From: Octopus sinensis
Lineage: Eukaryota
Direction: 5' to 3'
DNA: 64,000 bases
NCBI RefSeq assembly: GCF_006345805.1
Contig: NC_043009.1
Span: 19,778,001 to 19,842,000, forward strand
Under the pieces are notes generated by a model, which worked only from the letters and a program-made list of their open reading frames with translations, was not told where the DNA came from and ran no database searches. Of this stretch, positions 25,799 through 38,711 are shown one piece after another. The first letter of the stretch is position 1, and each line of letters begins with the position of its first letter. The position numbers were made by a program, and so were the translations under genes.

Positions 25799-26664
25799 TG
25801 CGCAGACACGCGCTGAGACTGCGACATCTCTGGCTCTATGTAGACGACGGTGAACAGGTGTGGTCGCCGTTTGTGAGGCACGCTTTCCCGCAGCTCGTCT
25901 CCATGACCGAACTGCAGTCGTGGATCAAAAAGAGGCCGAGGAAGGGCGAATGGCACCGCGAGTGTCGCGTTGCTCTCAAGCAACTCTGCCGTCCTGGGTC
26001 GACCTTAAGTGACTTCAACACAACCAAAGCATTCTATAGGGGTTTAGTGGAGGGGAGGTACGACGACGAGCTCGGGGCGAACCTGGACGTCGACGAGGAG
26101 TACCTGACCCGCCTGTTCGGGACGACTTTCGGGCCAGGGCCCATGGACAACTTCCAGAGATCCCTGGCCTGGCAGTGCTACCGAGAAGCGCTACCCGTTC
26201 GGGATAAGCTCTACAGACACGGCTCGAGAAACACGGGGCCGACCTGCCCGAGATGCGGTCAGAGCGACGAAACCGTTCTGCACGCACTCGTTCAGTGTCC
26301 AACAATTTCCGACCTGTGGGCTTATGTCGAACAACTGCTGTCACGTGTGGGACGAGTCGGTTTATCAGCTGAGTCTATCGTCAATATTGTCACGCCTCCT
26401 TCCTTCAAACGGGAAGGAAGAGCTATTTTCATCATCCTTGTGGCTATGGCGAAAGAATGTATCTGGTGGACGCGTCTGAAAGGATTGGAGACAAACACTT
26501 TCCTCTCTGGTCAATCTCTCATCAACTTCTTCAAGTACCACTTGAAAAGGAAAGTGAGAGTAGAGAGGCAAGTTTTGTCTAGCGAATGTTTTAAAAAAAG
26601 ATGGGTGAATGTAGCAAGAATGGCACGTATGAATGACGAAGCCACCTTGAGCATAGTCCTATGA
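25789..26664 (+). CDS. LINE ORF2 part 2 (continuation after frameshift) with CCHC zinc finger
   Basis: PWLMRRHALRLRHL continues GGLGM if a 2-nt TG at about 25787-25788 is removed. Contains CPRCGQSDETVLHALVQC (Cx2Cx7Hx4C), typical of L1/Tx1 ORF2 C-termini. Confidence 0.88.
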   Translation, partial: PWLMRRHALRLRHLWLYVDDGEQVWSPFVRHAFPQLVSMTELQSWIKKRPRKGEWHRECRVALKQLCRPGSTLSDFNTTKAFYRGLVEGRYDDELGANLDVDEEYLTRLFGTTFGPGPMDNFQRSLAWQCYREALPVRDKLYRHGSRNTGPTCPRCGQSDETVLHALVQCPTISDLWAYVEQLLSRVGRVGLSAESIVNIVTPPSFKREGRAIFIILVAMAKECIWWTRLKGLETNTFLSGQSLINFFKYHLKRKVRVERQVLSSECFKKRWVNVARMARMNDEATLSIVL

Positions 26665-26697
26665 ACCCAGAAATCGAAAACAGAGAGTTGCTTATTT

Positions 26698-26730
<33 letters not shown>

Positions 26731-26961
26731 AAATGTGACTTCATTGACCGAGGTTACCGTGGTCTTTTCCGCAGGCTTTTCTTTCCACGGGTAAACCTCA
26801 CCTGTCCTCCCCTTTACACTTCATATTGACATTTCTGTGATAACGATCCCTATTGATCATTTTTTTTTCCTCTCCCCCCTTTTTTTTTTTTTTTTTTTTA
26901 ACCCCCCTTATTTTTGTCCTCTTTCTCTCCTTTTACGATCCCTTTTGATCGAACCCCCCTT

Positions 26962-26999
<38 letters not shown>

Positions 27000-27071
27000 C
27001 CTTCAAAAGAAAAGCTCTACCTTGTAATTTGTTCTATCTGTGTGCAGCCCTGTGTGGCTAATAAAGAAACA

Positions 27072-27106
<35 letters not shown>

Positions 27107-27220
27107 TTATATCATCTATCTATCTATCTATCATCATCTATCTATCTATCTATCTATCTATCTGTCTGTCTGTCTGTCTATATCTTCTCTCTTCTCTCTC
27201 TCTCTATCTATCTATCTATA

Positions 27221-27267
<47 letters not shown>

Positions 27268-27282
27268 ATAATATATTATATA

Positions 27283-27425
27283 AGGTTTCTTGCAGTTTCC
27301 GTTTATCAGTCCACTCACAAGGCTTTCGTTGGCCCGAGGCTATAGTAGAAGATACTTGCCCAAGGTGCCACGCAGTGAGACAACACGGAACCATGTGGTT
27401 GGAAAGCAAGCTTCTTACAACACCC
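27283..27425 (-). mobile_element. SINE family B copy (gtggtaagaagcttgc.. head, ttgggcaagtatcttctactatagcc core)
   Basis: Other copies at about 4797-4890(+), 8275-8405(-), 10140-10270(-), 14646-14717(+), 38265-38430(+), 50808-50950(+). Confidence 0.85.
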
Positions 27426-27434
27426 ACTAATGCA

Positions 27435-27467
<33 letters not shown>

Positions 27468-27481
27468 TGTATGTTTGTATG

Positions 27482-27514
<33 letters not shown>

Positions 27515-27525
27515 TACACACACCC

Positions 27526-27559
<34 letters not shown>

Positions 27560-27575
27560 GTATACATATACATGT

Positions 27576-27933
27576 GGAGGCACAATGGCCCAGTGGTTAG
27601 GGCAGCGGACTCGCGGTCGTAGGATCGCGGTTTCGATTCCCAAACCGGGCGTTGTGAGTGTTTATTGAGTGAAAACACCTAAAGCTCCACGAGGCTCCGG
27701 CAGAGATGGTGGTGATCCCTGCTGTACTCTTTCACCACAACTTTCTCTCACTCTTACTTCCTGTTTCTGTTGTACCTGTATTTCAAAGGGCCGGCCTTGT
27801 CACTCTCTGTGTCACGCTGAATATCCCCGAGTACACGTGTCTGTGGAGTGCTCACGTTAATTTCACGAGCAGGTTGTTCCGTTGATTCGGATCAACCGGA
27901 ACCCTCGTCGTCGTAACCGACGGAGTGCTTCCA
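27576..27933 (+). mobile_element. Apparently full-length tRNA-derived SINE (family D)
   Basis: A-box tggcccagtgg and B-box gtttcgattcc followed by about 290 nt of non-tRNA body ending gtcgtcgtaaccgacggagtgcttcca; inserted in (TA/CA)n. It may be one of the described octopus tRNA-SINEs (unverified). Confidence 0.8.
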
Positions 27934-28929
27934 CATATACACACATATAAATGTATGGTAAATAACGTATAGTGAGTGTAAAACCGTACGGGGGATAAAC
28001 ACGGAAGGTCCCAAATACTTCATCAGTTATCAGCCAATTGGTAATACTCGGTTTCGCACCATTAATGATAAGACCGAAGACTTCGCAATTTGCGGTGCCC
28101 GCAGAAAAAAAAATTCTTGCAGAGAATTTAGGCCGAGAGCAAACAGAACAAAACAAAGCAAAACGACACAGATTGTAATTTAGGACGGTGAACAAGGACG
28201 AACAGTCGAGCAAAATACGGCCTTATATGTATGTGTATACATACATACATACACACATACATACATACATACATATACATACATAATATATACATACATA
28301 CATACATACATACATACACATTTATACACACACACACATACGCACACACACACTTACAGGAAAATGAAATATTTAATGCAAAGAAACTTTAGAGAGTTCC
28401 TTGAATTAGTATTTAAAGAATATTTAACTTCTATTTATCGAATACTTTACCTATAATTATAGATGACTAATTAATGTTTATCCAAGAAAATATGAAGAAA
28501 TACTTGTCAATTAAGGAAGTTAATCTCTGAGAGTTCTTAAAAATTTTGGTTTCAATTTTATTTTGAATTTGCAAAGTTTTAAGATTTTACTTGGACAAAA
28601 AAACCCAAAAATCAATAGAGAAAAAAAAATCAATGAAGCTGGTGACGAGATCGATCCTGACTTAAGTATTTCACTTTGCTAACATCGCTATTTAACTTGA
28701 CAATGGTATACACCACGTCCGTTCAAGTTGTGCCACCTCGATGAAATACGAGGAGCACACACACTCACAGCCGCACGCGCACACACGCTCATGTATGTAT
28801 CCATAGACCCCCCCACACACACATTAATAATCTTGCCCCGTGGTCTTCTGACATTGTCCAGCTCCACAATTCGCTGTGTGATAGATCCAACAACAGTGAA
28901 ACTTTGAAGTCACTGTCAATGCAATTATT

Positions 28930-29122
28930 GATTTCAAATTTCGGGGGAGGGGGTGAGTCGATTACGTCGACTTCAGTGTCCAACCGGTATTTATTTTATC
29001 GATCTCGAAAGGATGAAAGGCAAAGTCGATCTCGGCGAAGTTTGAACTTTGAACGTAAGGACGGACAAGATGCGTCTAAGCATTTTGTCCGGGGTGCTAA
29101 CGATTCTGCCAGCCCACCGCCT
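28930..29122 (-). mobile_element. SINE family A copy
   Basis: Aligns by eye to 3265-3479. Confidence 0.85.
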
Positions 29123-30350
29123 TAGCATTTTAAATAAAATTATCGAAAACTCAGGCTCTTCTTTGTCAATCGCTCACGTCGTGGCCTCATTCTTGGCTGC
29201 TTTATAAAACATGTCACAAGCATTTTCTTCCAAAAACCTGAACCAATTTATAGTTTTACCCCTTCTTTATCACCAGAATCTAAAGCCCCGCTCCCATAAA
29301 TACCAGCAGAACCTTCTTAATTTTCATTATTAGTTCCTATTTTGTTTGAAGAATGTCCCCGAAGCCAACATCAAATGCCTTTTTAATGAAAGATATCAGA
29401 AGATGGTGAATAGTTTCGGAGATGAAGTTGATACGTTGTCCTGTAAATGTTAGAAAGAAATATCTCGGAATCAATTGAGATTTGTTAATTTACAATTCCT
29501 GGAATGTCCGCTATTACAAATATCCTTTTTATCCCCCTTTTAGCAGTCTCAGTCACTAGACTGCAGCCATGCTGGGGCACCGCCTCGAAGAATTTACAGA
29601 CGAATGAATCGACCCCAGGACTAATCTGTTTTAAGACTGGTACTTATTCTATCGGTGTCTTTTGCCAAACCTCTAAGACCAGTACATGGGCATTCATTCT
29701 CAGACAGAGTGAAATGACTGTATAATCTAACGAAGGACTTATTCAAAATAATCACCTGAAGAAACACATTGTACACATTTCGTGGATGATAGTGATCACA
29801 CATTATGTTCATATCACTTCATCAAGGTACCACAAGTGTAGAAATGTGTGGAAACAATTGTGATTTGAAATAAAGGAGGTTCGACCCGTTTTCTAAATTT
29901 ATCTATTTGCATGTATCTATCTATCTATTTATATTTACATATATGTATATACATATATATGTATGTACACACACATATACATGCACACACATACACACAC
30001 ACGAACGAATAACACACACACTCACGCGCGCGCGCACACACACACACACACGCACAAATTAAAGATGCAAAGAAAATACCCCAAGATGTCATATTCCAGC
30101 GCTTTAGCTGCACCAATTCTTCCGATTCGGCACCATTTTATCGCAGAAAACAAACGAAACCAAAATAACTTTTAAAGATTATTCTGAGATTTTTCTTTTT
30201 CGAATAAATTGAATTTTTACAGAAAACCAGTATTTACAGTATTATACAGCACCATGTTTGTATATCGTATGACGTACGTACATCATGCATGTTGATATTA
30301 TATATTATGTATATATTATATGTGTGTTAAGAAGCTTGCTGCTCAGCCAC

Positions 30351-30392
<42 letters not shown>

Positions 30393-31426
30393 CTCTTATT
30401 TCCCTTCAACAGAAAGGAACACAGAAATAAACAGGGAGAGAAAATAGAAAAGTTTTAGTGGCTAGCGATCTATCGCCACGCATCCATTTCCAAGTATGTA
30501 TGTATGTATGTATATATCCCTTGCGAAACAGAAGCGTTGTGTCCCCGCCCCACCAAAAAGAAATCTTGCATCGTACAATTGCGTAACGTGAACCATATTT
30601 CCAAATTTCCCATTAATTTCCAATGCAACATGGAAATAAGTCTTACGTTATAGCTCAGTGATTGACCAAACGTAAAACCTGTATACATACATACTTACAT
30701 TACATGCTTACATACATTTATACGTACGTACGTACTCTGTCACACACACATATGAATATACACAAACACAGAGATTTGTGTGTGTATATATATATATATG
30801 TTTGTATATATGTGTATATGATTTTGTTATTAAGAATCAGCAATAAAGAGATATCAGGGTTTTTTCTTTTCCTCTTTTTCTTTTCTTGATATTGCAGATA
30901 ATCCATCCACGACCAAAGCTGCGAATGTTTCCGGTCGCAGACACATTTATAGACGAAATGACAATGATGAAACGACGACCGCTGGCAGAGAATTTAACCT
31001 CAAAAAAGGCTCTCCCAGTCTCTCTCTTTCTCCCTCGCTCTTAGTCTGTCTGTCTCTCCCTTACTCCCTCTCCCATCTGTCTGTCTATCTGACTTATTCT
31101 CTCTCTCCCTCCTTTTTTTCGCTCTCCCTCCTTTTTCTTTCCCTTCTTTCTGTCTCCTTTCTCTCTCTCCTTCCCTCTCTTTCTCCACTTTCTCTCTGTT
31201 ACCTCTCTCTCTCTCTCTCTCTCTCTTTCTTTCATCTTTCCTTACTCTCTCTCCTCTCTATCTTATTCTCTGTCTCACCATCCTCTCTGCTCCATTTTTA
31301 CCTTCGACCCTTTTCTCCTTTCTTTTCTCTCTGAGATGCACAAAAAAAAAAAAGAAAGAAGACATTCTCCCCACCATTTTCTGTGTCTGCAACTCTTTTA
31401 TTCTCTTCATATTAGGTAATGGTTAA

Positions 31427-32030
31427 GCGGCCAACTGGCAGAAACGTTAGCACGCCGGGCGAAATGCTTAGCGGTATTTCGTCTGTCTTTACATTCTGAG
31501 TTCAAATTCTGCCGAGGTCGACTTTGCTTTTCATCCTTTCGGAGTCAATAAATTATGTACCAGTTACGTACTGGGGTCGATCTAATCGGCTGGCCTCCTC
31601 CCCCAAAATTTCGGGCCTTTTGCCTAGAGTAGAAAAGAATATTAGGTAATAGTAAGGCAGTGAGCTGGCAGAATCGTTACGGTGCCGGACAAAATGATAG
31701 CGGTATTTCGTCTGTCTTTACGTTCTGAATTCAAATTCCACCGAGCTTGACTTTGCTTTTCATCCTTTCGGGATCGATAAAATAAGTACCAGTTAAGCAC
31801 TGGAGTCGACGTAATCGACTAGACCCCGAAATTGCTGGCCTTGGGCCAAAACTTGAAACCAAAATCACAAAACAGGGAATTTGGCAGAATCGGTAGAGCA
31901 TCGGGAAAATTGACTTTCAGTATTTAGTGACGAGAATTTTAGGGCTGAATTCAGATCCCACCAAAGGTGTCTTTTCATTTCATCTTTCCTGGGTCGATAA
32001 TGTAAAGTACCAGACATCTACTGGGGTTCT
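31427..32030 (+). mobile_element. Three tandem SINE family A copies (about 31427-31643, 31656-31860, 31877-32030)
   Basis: Repeated ctggcagaa(a/t)cgtta..gagttcaaatt..catcctttc..gataaa..gtacc motif. Confidence 0.85.
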
Positions 32031-32534
32031 CCTTATAAACGGAAGTCTTGTATTAAAATGTGAAAATTTTGGTTCTTTTTATTCCGCAACAAAATTTTCT
32101 TTGACCAAAGACAATTCCAATAACAATTAAAGGGAGTCACTGGAGTTCGAACCCACGAATCAGCGACTCTACTTCCAAAACCGGAATAATATTTCCCTAA
32201 ATTTTAAAACTGATTTTTCCTGATTATCAAAAAGAGAAATAAATTATATAAAATAAAATTTAAAAATTAAAACTTTTCAAGAAACTAAAAAAGAAAACAA
32301 TACAAAAAAATAACCTAAGAACGTATAAACTTCAAAAGAATGTGAAATAATTTTACAAGTCCATGCCCACCCCCGAATACATTTAACATCTCTAAGCACA
32401 TAATTCTATTTGCTGACCAAACTAAACATCTCTATAAAACCAAGACGACTATCACTACTATTTACTATTTATTATTTTCAAGTAAAAATATAAAAACTAC
32501 CAAATTCCGACTCATCCCCAACAATACGAACGCA

Positions 32535-32573
<39 letters not shown>

Positions 32574-32624
32574 GCGCGCATTAGTGTCCCAACTTAAAAT
32601 AGTTGGTAATGTAGAATGTTGTTT

Positions 32625-32900
32625 TAGCTAATCCCACGTGTAGAATTATTAATCCTGCAAAGAGTGAACAACGTAAAATTAATAAATTTATTTTGGGTTC
32701 CATAAATTTAAAAATTCTAGAAAACCACCAGTTTACCTTTTATGGAACTGAAACAGCACCTCAGTAATGGACGGGGTTAATAGCAGAAATGCTAAAACAT
32801 AAATGCAAATTTACTCAATTTGACATCATGGAGTTTTATCGCTATTGTCGCCGCCGCCACTACCGCCACCACCGCCACCACCACCACCACTACCACCACC

Positions 32901-32932
<32 letters not shown>

Positions 32933-33156
32933 TCTCACCTCATTCACTCCACCCATCACCGCCAAACTTTTGCTTCTAAAACTTTGGTGTTTCATTCCTA
33001 GTTTGGTATTCATTAATGAGACCGATAAAATAACGACTGCTCGAAAGTCGTTGCCTTTCTATAACAATTGCATTTGGGTTAAGCGATACCGGATAAGTTT
33101 TTCATATGGCTATGGGTAGCTACGATGGAGCAGAGGCTCGTGAGTTAGTAGAACTT
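32625..33156 (+). mobile_element. Second Penelope-like RT fragment, interrupted by a trinucleotide microsatellite
   Basis: NPTCRIINPAKSEQ (from 32630), KHKCKFTQFDIMEFY, ARKSLPFYNNCIWVK, MAMGSYDGAEARELVEL; frames broken. Confidence 0.8.
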
Positions 33157-33169
33157 CATAGACAAGCTC

Positions 33170-33236
<67 letters not shown>

Positions 33237-33741
33237 AATACACACACATATTGATATATATGCGGCTGAGAGTATAATATTGCCCTTTGATACTCATTTT
33301 CTGGTGAGGAGGCTTGAGCAACGTGAAACGAAGTGTCTTGGTCGAGAACACAACGCACCTCTCCGTCAGCGAAACCCCAACCTCTCACCATGCTGAGTCT
33401 AACGCCTTAATCACAGCGCAGCATACCTTAAAAAAACTGAGGATTTTCAAAGGGAAAAGACGAGACTACAAGCCCCCACACATGCCTTACTGAACGAGAC
33501 GCAAGTCAGTCGCAGGATTCACTCATAGATACAACTGGAGCAAAGTAAAATGATGGCCCTTGCTCAAGAGCTTACACTCCGCACGTCCGAGACTTGAACT
33601 CACAATGTAACAAACGTGAGTCCTACACCCTAATCTCTATGTTATGCATCTTTCAGTGTTAGACGGACATACGTATACATAAACAGATGTATATAGATAT
33701 AGATATATACGCATACATAAGTAAATATATACTATACACAC

Positions 33742-33862
<121 letters not shown>

Positions 33863-33942
33863 ATATACTGTTATCACTATTCATAACATATATATGTATA
33901 CACACACCTATAAATGCATCTAATGATAATCCATATATATCC

Positions 33943-33979
<37 letters not shown>

Positions 33980-34547
33980 GTGTGGGTGTGGTGTGTGTGT
34001 GTGTGTGTTGTGTGTGTGTGTGTGTGTATGTGTTGTGTGGGTGTGTTGTGTGTGTATATATATATCCAATATATATATATATTTGTACAGACACACCATA
34101 AATACATCTATTGATATATATATATATATATACACACATGCATACATACATATATATATAACATATATATATATATATATATTTATATATATTATATATA
34201 TTTATACAGACAACACACACACACACACATTCGTCTGTTTTCAATAAGCATCAACATAAAAAGCCCCTGACGCCCCCTCTCCCCGCCACCCCCCTCATCA
34301 TTGCTGCCATATCATTATCGCTACAGTGATGCTTATCAGCACGTGGCAACTAATAATTGCTTTTAAATTGTCAATAATTAACTGTACCATTAGGCATTAA
34401 CATTTCTACATTACCTCCCTTCTCTAACATGTCGGCGTCCTACCACCACCACCACCACCACCAACACCCTAACCCACCACCAACAACAACAACAACGTCG
34501 TCGACGACGATGACGATAACGATGATTATGATGATGATAAGGGAAGA

Positions 34548-34602
<55 letters not shown>

Positions 34603-35160
34603 ATATGTGTGGTAGTAGTTGTAGCAGAAGTCGTAGTAATGGTTTGGAGGAGGAGGAGGAGGAGGAGAAGGAAGAGGAGGAATGGAGGAAAGAGCTGGTA
34701 TAGTTGTTGGCGTGGCGTGTTTACCATGTTTCAAAGTTACCGTTCTACTGCAATACTGCTGCCGTAGAACACCAGTAGAACTGCAGTAGAATTGCAGTAG
34801 AATTGCAGAAGGATTGCAGTGGAATAATAGCAGGGCTGCAGAAGAAAATTAGCAACAGAAGCAGTAGTAATTGTTTGAAAAATACATTTTTACGTTAGCA
34901 ACAGCGATTTTATTTTCAGATAAAGAAACTAAAGAAAACAGAGCAAAAAAATTTAAAAATTGATAAACAAACAACAAAATACACGGAAAAGAAATCAAAT
35001 AAGTTCTGAATGATAAAACGTGAACGATAAAAATCGATGGAAATAATTGATTGAAATAAAAATAAAAGAAAAATGAAATAAAAAATATAAAAATGAAAGC
35101 AAAGTAAAAATAAATGTTTCTTGTTCACTAATGCTTGTATTACTATTATTATTATTATTA

Positions 35161-35194
<34 letters not shown>

Positions 35195-36571
35195 TATTAT
35201 TATTATTATTACTGCTGTAGTTGTTTTCCGCCTCTCTAATCATCGCCCTTCTGGCAATAAAAGAAATCATCATATCATTTACCTTTATTATTATCATTAT
35301 TATTTCATTATTTATTTGTTATTGGCTTTTTCCGAGATAATTTCTCGTTTTAAAATCGTTTAAATAAACGAAATGTGTTTTATTTTTATTTCGTTGTAGG
35401 CCTATTGATATTTTTTTTCGAATTCCTAATTGCTCTAATATTTTATCGTCGTCGCCATTATTATTATCATTATTTGTTTTATTAGTTGTGATTAGTCACA
35501 ATTACGATTGTAATTTATGTAATTCCGCTTCTCGCTTCGTCGCCATTTTATCATGGTGGCCGTATCAATACAAATTTTGTTTCCTGTTTTCTGTAACTAT
35601 AGAGTGTAGCAACTTCATAGAAAAATATCTGCGTTCTTTTACAGCAGCAACGTAGAAAAAACAACAAATTAGGGGAGTGGTTAGAGCTTACGACAAAAAT
35701 TCATTGCCATATCTATTCCGACACTTTGCTCTCTTTGAGTTCAAATCCAGCTGAAGTCAATTTTGCTTTTCGTCCTTTAGAAGTCGATAAAAACTCGGGG
35801 TAGTTATTTGGCGGGGTTGATAGAATGTGAGATTAGGTACCTTGTGGTGTCTATTTTGGATTTTTGTGTTCAGACTTCTTGGCTCAAATGCAAGTTACTC
35901 TGAAGAATTCAAAGTCAGTTCTCGGATCTGAAAGTAACTTCCGGCTTTTCCCATATATACTATGGAGGCATTGAAAACGCAGAACCAATGGCAAAACAAC
36001 AACAACAAAAAGAAAGAAAACGGCAACAATAACAGTAACGGCGACAACAAACAAATCGTAAATATAAGCCACAAAACTATTTCCTTCTATCAATCAATCA
36101 GTCTATCTATCTATTTATGTATGTATGTATGTATGTATGTATGTATGTATGTATGTATGTATGTATGTATGTATGTATGTATGTATGCATGCATGCATGC
36201 ATGTATGTATGTATGTATGTATGTATGTATGTATGTATGTATCTATGTATGTATGTATGTATGTATCTATCTATCTGTATGTGTGTGTGTGTGTGTGTGT
36301 GTGCCTATGGGACATTTACAGGCATCATAAAGGTCCCTAAACGTCCCATTAGAGACGTCTGAGATGCATTCTGAATTTTGGCTGGTCCTTGAGGAATCCA
36401 AACACAGAGGTCATGAGAGGAGCCGACATCTTGAGTATTGGATTGATGGTGCACAAACCCGAATAAGCTGGACTGGATTCCTTGTTTGAATGAATGATCA
36501 AAGGACCCCCAAACTGGCGCTATATTCTTTTACTTGTTTCAGTCATTTTGACTGCGGCCATGCTGGAGCGG

Positions 36572-36815
36572 AAGATGCTCCCAAGGGAAACCAATTCTAT
36601 GGTTTAAGGATTGCATAAAGTCCTCTTTGAAGGCATGCGAGATATGGAAGATGAACTGGGGAAGTCATGCTTGTCATCGCCACTATTGGAGGAAAGGAGT
36701 AAAGGAAGCAGTACTCAACTGAAGTGAGCTGCTCGAAAGACACACCATTAGTGTAGTGAATGGAGGCAGTTTCGTCTGCAGTATCATCTGATCTGCAGTT
36801 ACAAGCGGACAGCCA
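36572..36815 (+). mobile_element. RTE-clade LINE 3' ORF fragment
   Basis: RCSQGKPILWFKDCIKSSLKACEI..HRHYWRKGVKEA resembles the RTE C-terminal KRSQGG..RFKD.LK.SLK..W..DR..WR motif. Confidence 0.6.
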
Positions 36816-36820
36816 TCGTA

Positions 36821-37960
36821 TATATTGCGTCATCCCATAAATAATGCGTTTTTTTTTTTAAAATAATTCTTTTATCTTGCAAAATTAAGATAAACAAAGT
36901 TCTTTTTTTAATCTAAAATATAATTTTTCATCTATCTGGTAGACTTGCAAGGCTCCTCTTTCAAAATTCACTTGTCCGTGACGAAAAGGACTCCTCCAGT
37001 ACTGTTCTGATCTCGTCTACAGAATTCACATTTTTCCGTCCAAATGATTTTGAAGACTGCGGAATAAATGATAATCAGATGGGGCAATGTCTGGCAAATA
37101 TGGTGGGTGGGGCATCATTTCCCATTCAAACTGCTCCAGCCTTTGGAATGTCATCCTTGCTCTATGTCGCCAAGCATTATCCTGATGGAAGAACACCTTT
37201 CGTCTTGAAACCAAAGATGGTCGTTTTTCTTCTAGGTTTGACATAAGCTGCTCAAGCTCCGCGCAGTAGATCTCCTTTGTTATTGTTTGGTTTGGGTTTA
37301 AAAGTTCAAAGTGGACTAAACCTTTCATATCCCACCAAACGTGGGTGAAGACCTTCTTTAGCCTGGGTTGCTGGTGTTTCTCCTTTCCACTGTCTTCGGC
37401 GCTTGACATTTTTGTAGAGAACTCATTTCTCCTGACCAGTCACTATTCGGTCCAAAACGGCCTCATTTGTGTGACGTAACAGTATGCGATTAGACTCGGG
37501 AAGTTTGTGAGGAACCCATTGACCCAACTTGCTGACTTTTCCGATGGCAGGCGTCGACGAATGGTTGAATGACCAGATCCATGCTTCTCTGCTAGTTTCT
37601 CAACAGTTACGACGGGATTTTGTTCTACCAGGGTTTGCAGGACGTCCTTGTAGAACTCTACAGATCTTCCAGGACGAGGCTCGTCTTCTTAGGCTGTGGT
37701 TTGTGGCTTGGGATTTCTAGAACCCCTGTTGACCCTGGATTATGCTTATTTTCCGATTCCCATATACTGCATTAATATTCCTCGCATTCTCCATTGCGTT
37801 GTTGCCTTTATTGAACTCCTAAAGCAAAATATGCTGAATATACTCCTTTGTCACTTCCATTATGGCTTTGAAAAAAAATAACTGTTAAAATCGAACTGCA
37901 CTCTTCAAAACTTGTACGCTTCCTATATGTTCATCCTTGCAGCCTTCTTTTCCATCTTGG
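36821..37960 (-). mobile_element. Dead mariner (D,D34D-type) DNA transposon
   Basis: One TIR-like end TA-tattgcgtcatcccataaataatgcg at 36821-36848, plus transposase remnants. The matching opposite TIR was not found. Confidence 0.85.
36930..37860 (-). pseudogene. Mariner transposase pseudogene
   Basis: MEVTKEYIQHILL*EF (ATG at 37860), EDEPRPGR, WVPHKL, DRIVTGQEK, VWWDMKG, HQDNA, HPPYLPDIAPSDYHLFRSLQN; several stops and frameshifts. Confidence 0.9.
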
Positions 37961-38072
37961 CCCAATCGTTTAATTAAATATATTGTTTAAAATAAGATGA
38001 CAAAGTATTTTCATTTTTGTGTAATTTAGCCGCAGCTTATCTCACCGCACCCTGTATGTATATATATAATAT

Positions 38073-38104
<32 letters not shown>

Positions 38105-38119
38105 TATATATATATAATC

Positions 38120-38151
<32 letters not shown>

Positions 38152-38660
38152 TATATATATATATATTATTATATATCTATATATAATGTGATGTGTGTGT
38201 GTTGTGTGTGTGTGGTGTGTGTGTGTGTGTGTGTGTGTGGCGTGGGGTATACATAGACACGTATATGGCGAATGGTTAAGAAGTTCGCTTGGTCTCTAGG
38301 AAGTCGTGGGTTCTATGGTGTGATCTCACTGCATCGCATTCTGATTGATTTCAATTTCCCCTCCGACTCTACCCAAATCATGTCAGCGAAAGTGGGTCAA
38401 CGGAAACTGAGTAGAATCCTGCCGCATGAATCGTACCAGTAATTCAGTGAGGAAGCTTTGCCAATCTCTTTATGTCACAATGATTCTGCCTTAGAATTAC
38501 TTTAAGAGTAGATGTGTCCGTGGAATACTCGGACACATTTACACGAATTTAATCAGCAGATAATTCACTTGATTAAATAACTGAATGCTTCTCGCCAAGC
38601 GTTGCAGAACCACACAGACACGCATACGCGCGCGTGCACATATGCACAAACACACACACA

Positions 38661-38711
<51 letters not shown>

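Larger units (their letters stand above)
22634..27070 (+). mobile_element. Tx1/L1-clade non-LTR retrotransposon, 5'-truncated, flanked by (ATCT)n
   Basis: ORF1 remnant, APE+RT+zinc-finger ORF2, 3'UTR ending ctAATAAAgaaac. (ATCT)6 at 22610-22633 and (ATCT)n from 27073. Visibly GC-richer than the flanks. Confidence 0.9.

Noticed and set aside
27576-27650. tRNA-like sequence with A and B boxes
   Set aside because: No proper acceptor stem, and it continues into a SINE body; it is a SINE head, not a tRNA gene.
32128-32190. B-box GGTTCGAACTCC on the minus strand
   Set aside because: No A-box or cloverleaf; at most a decayed SINE head.
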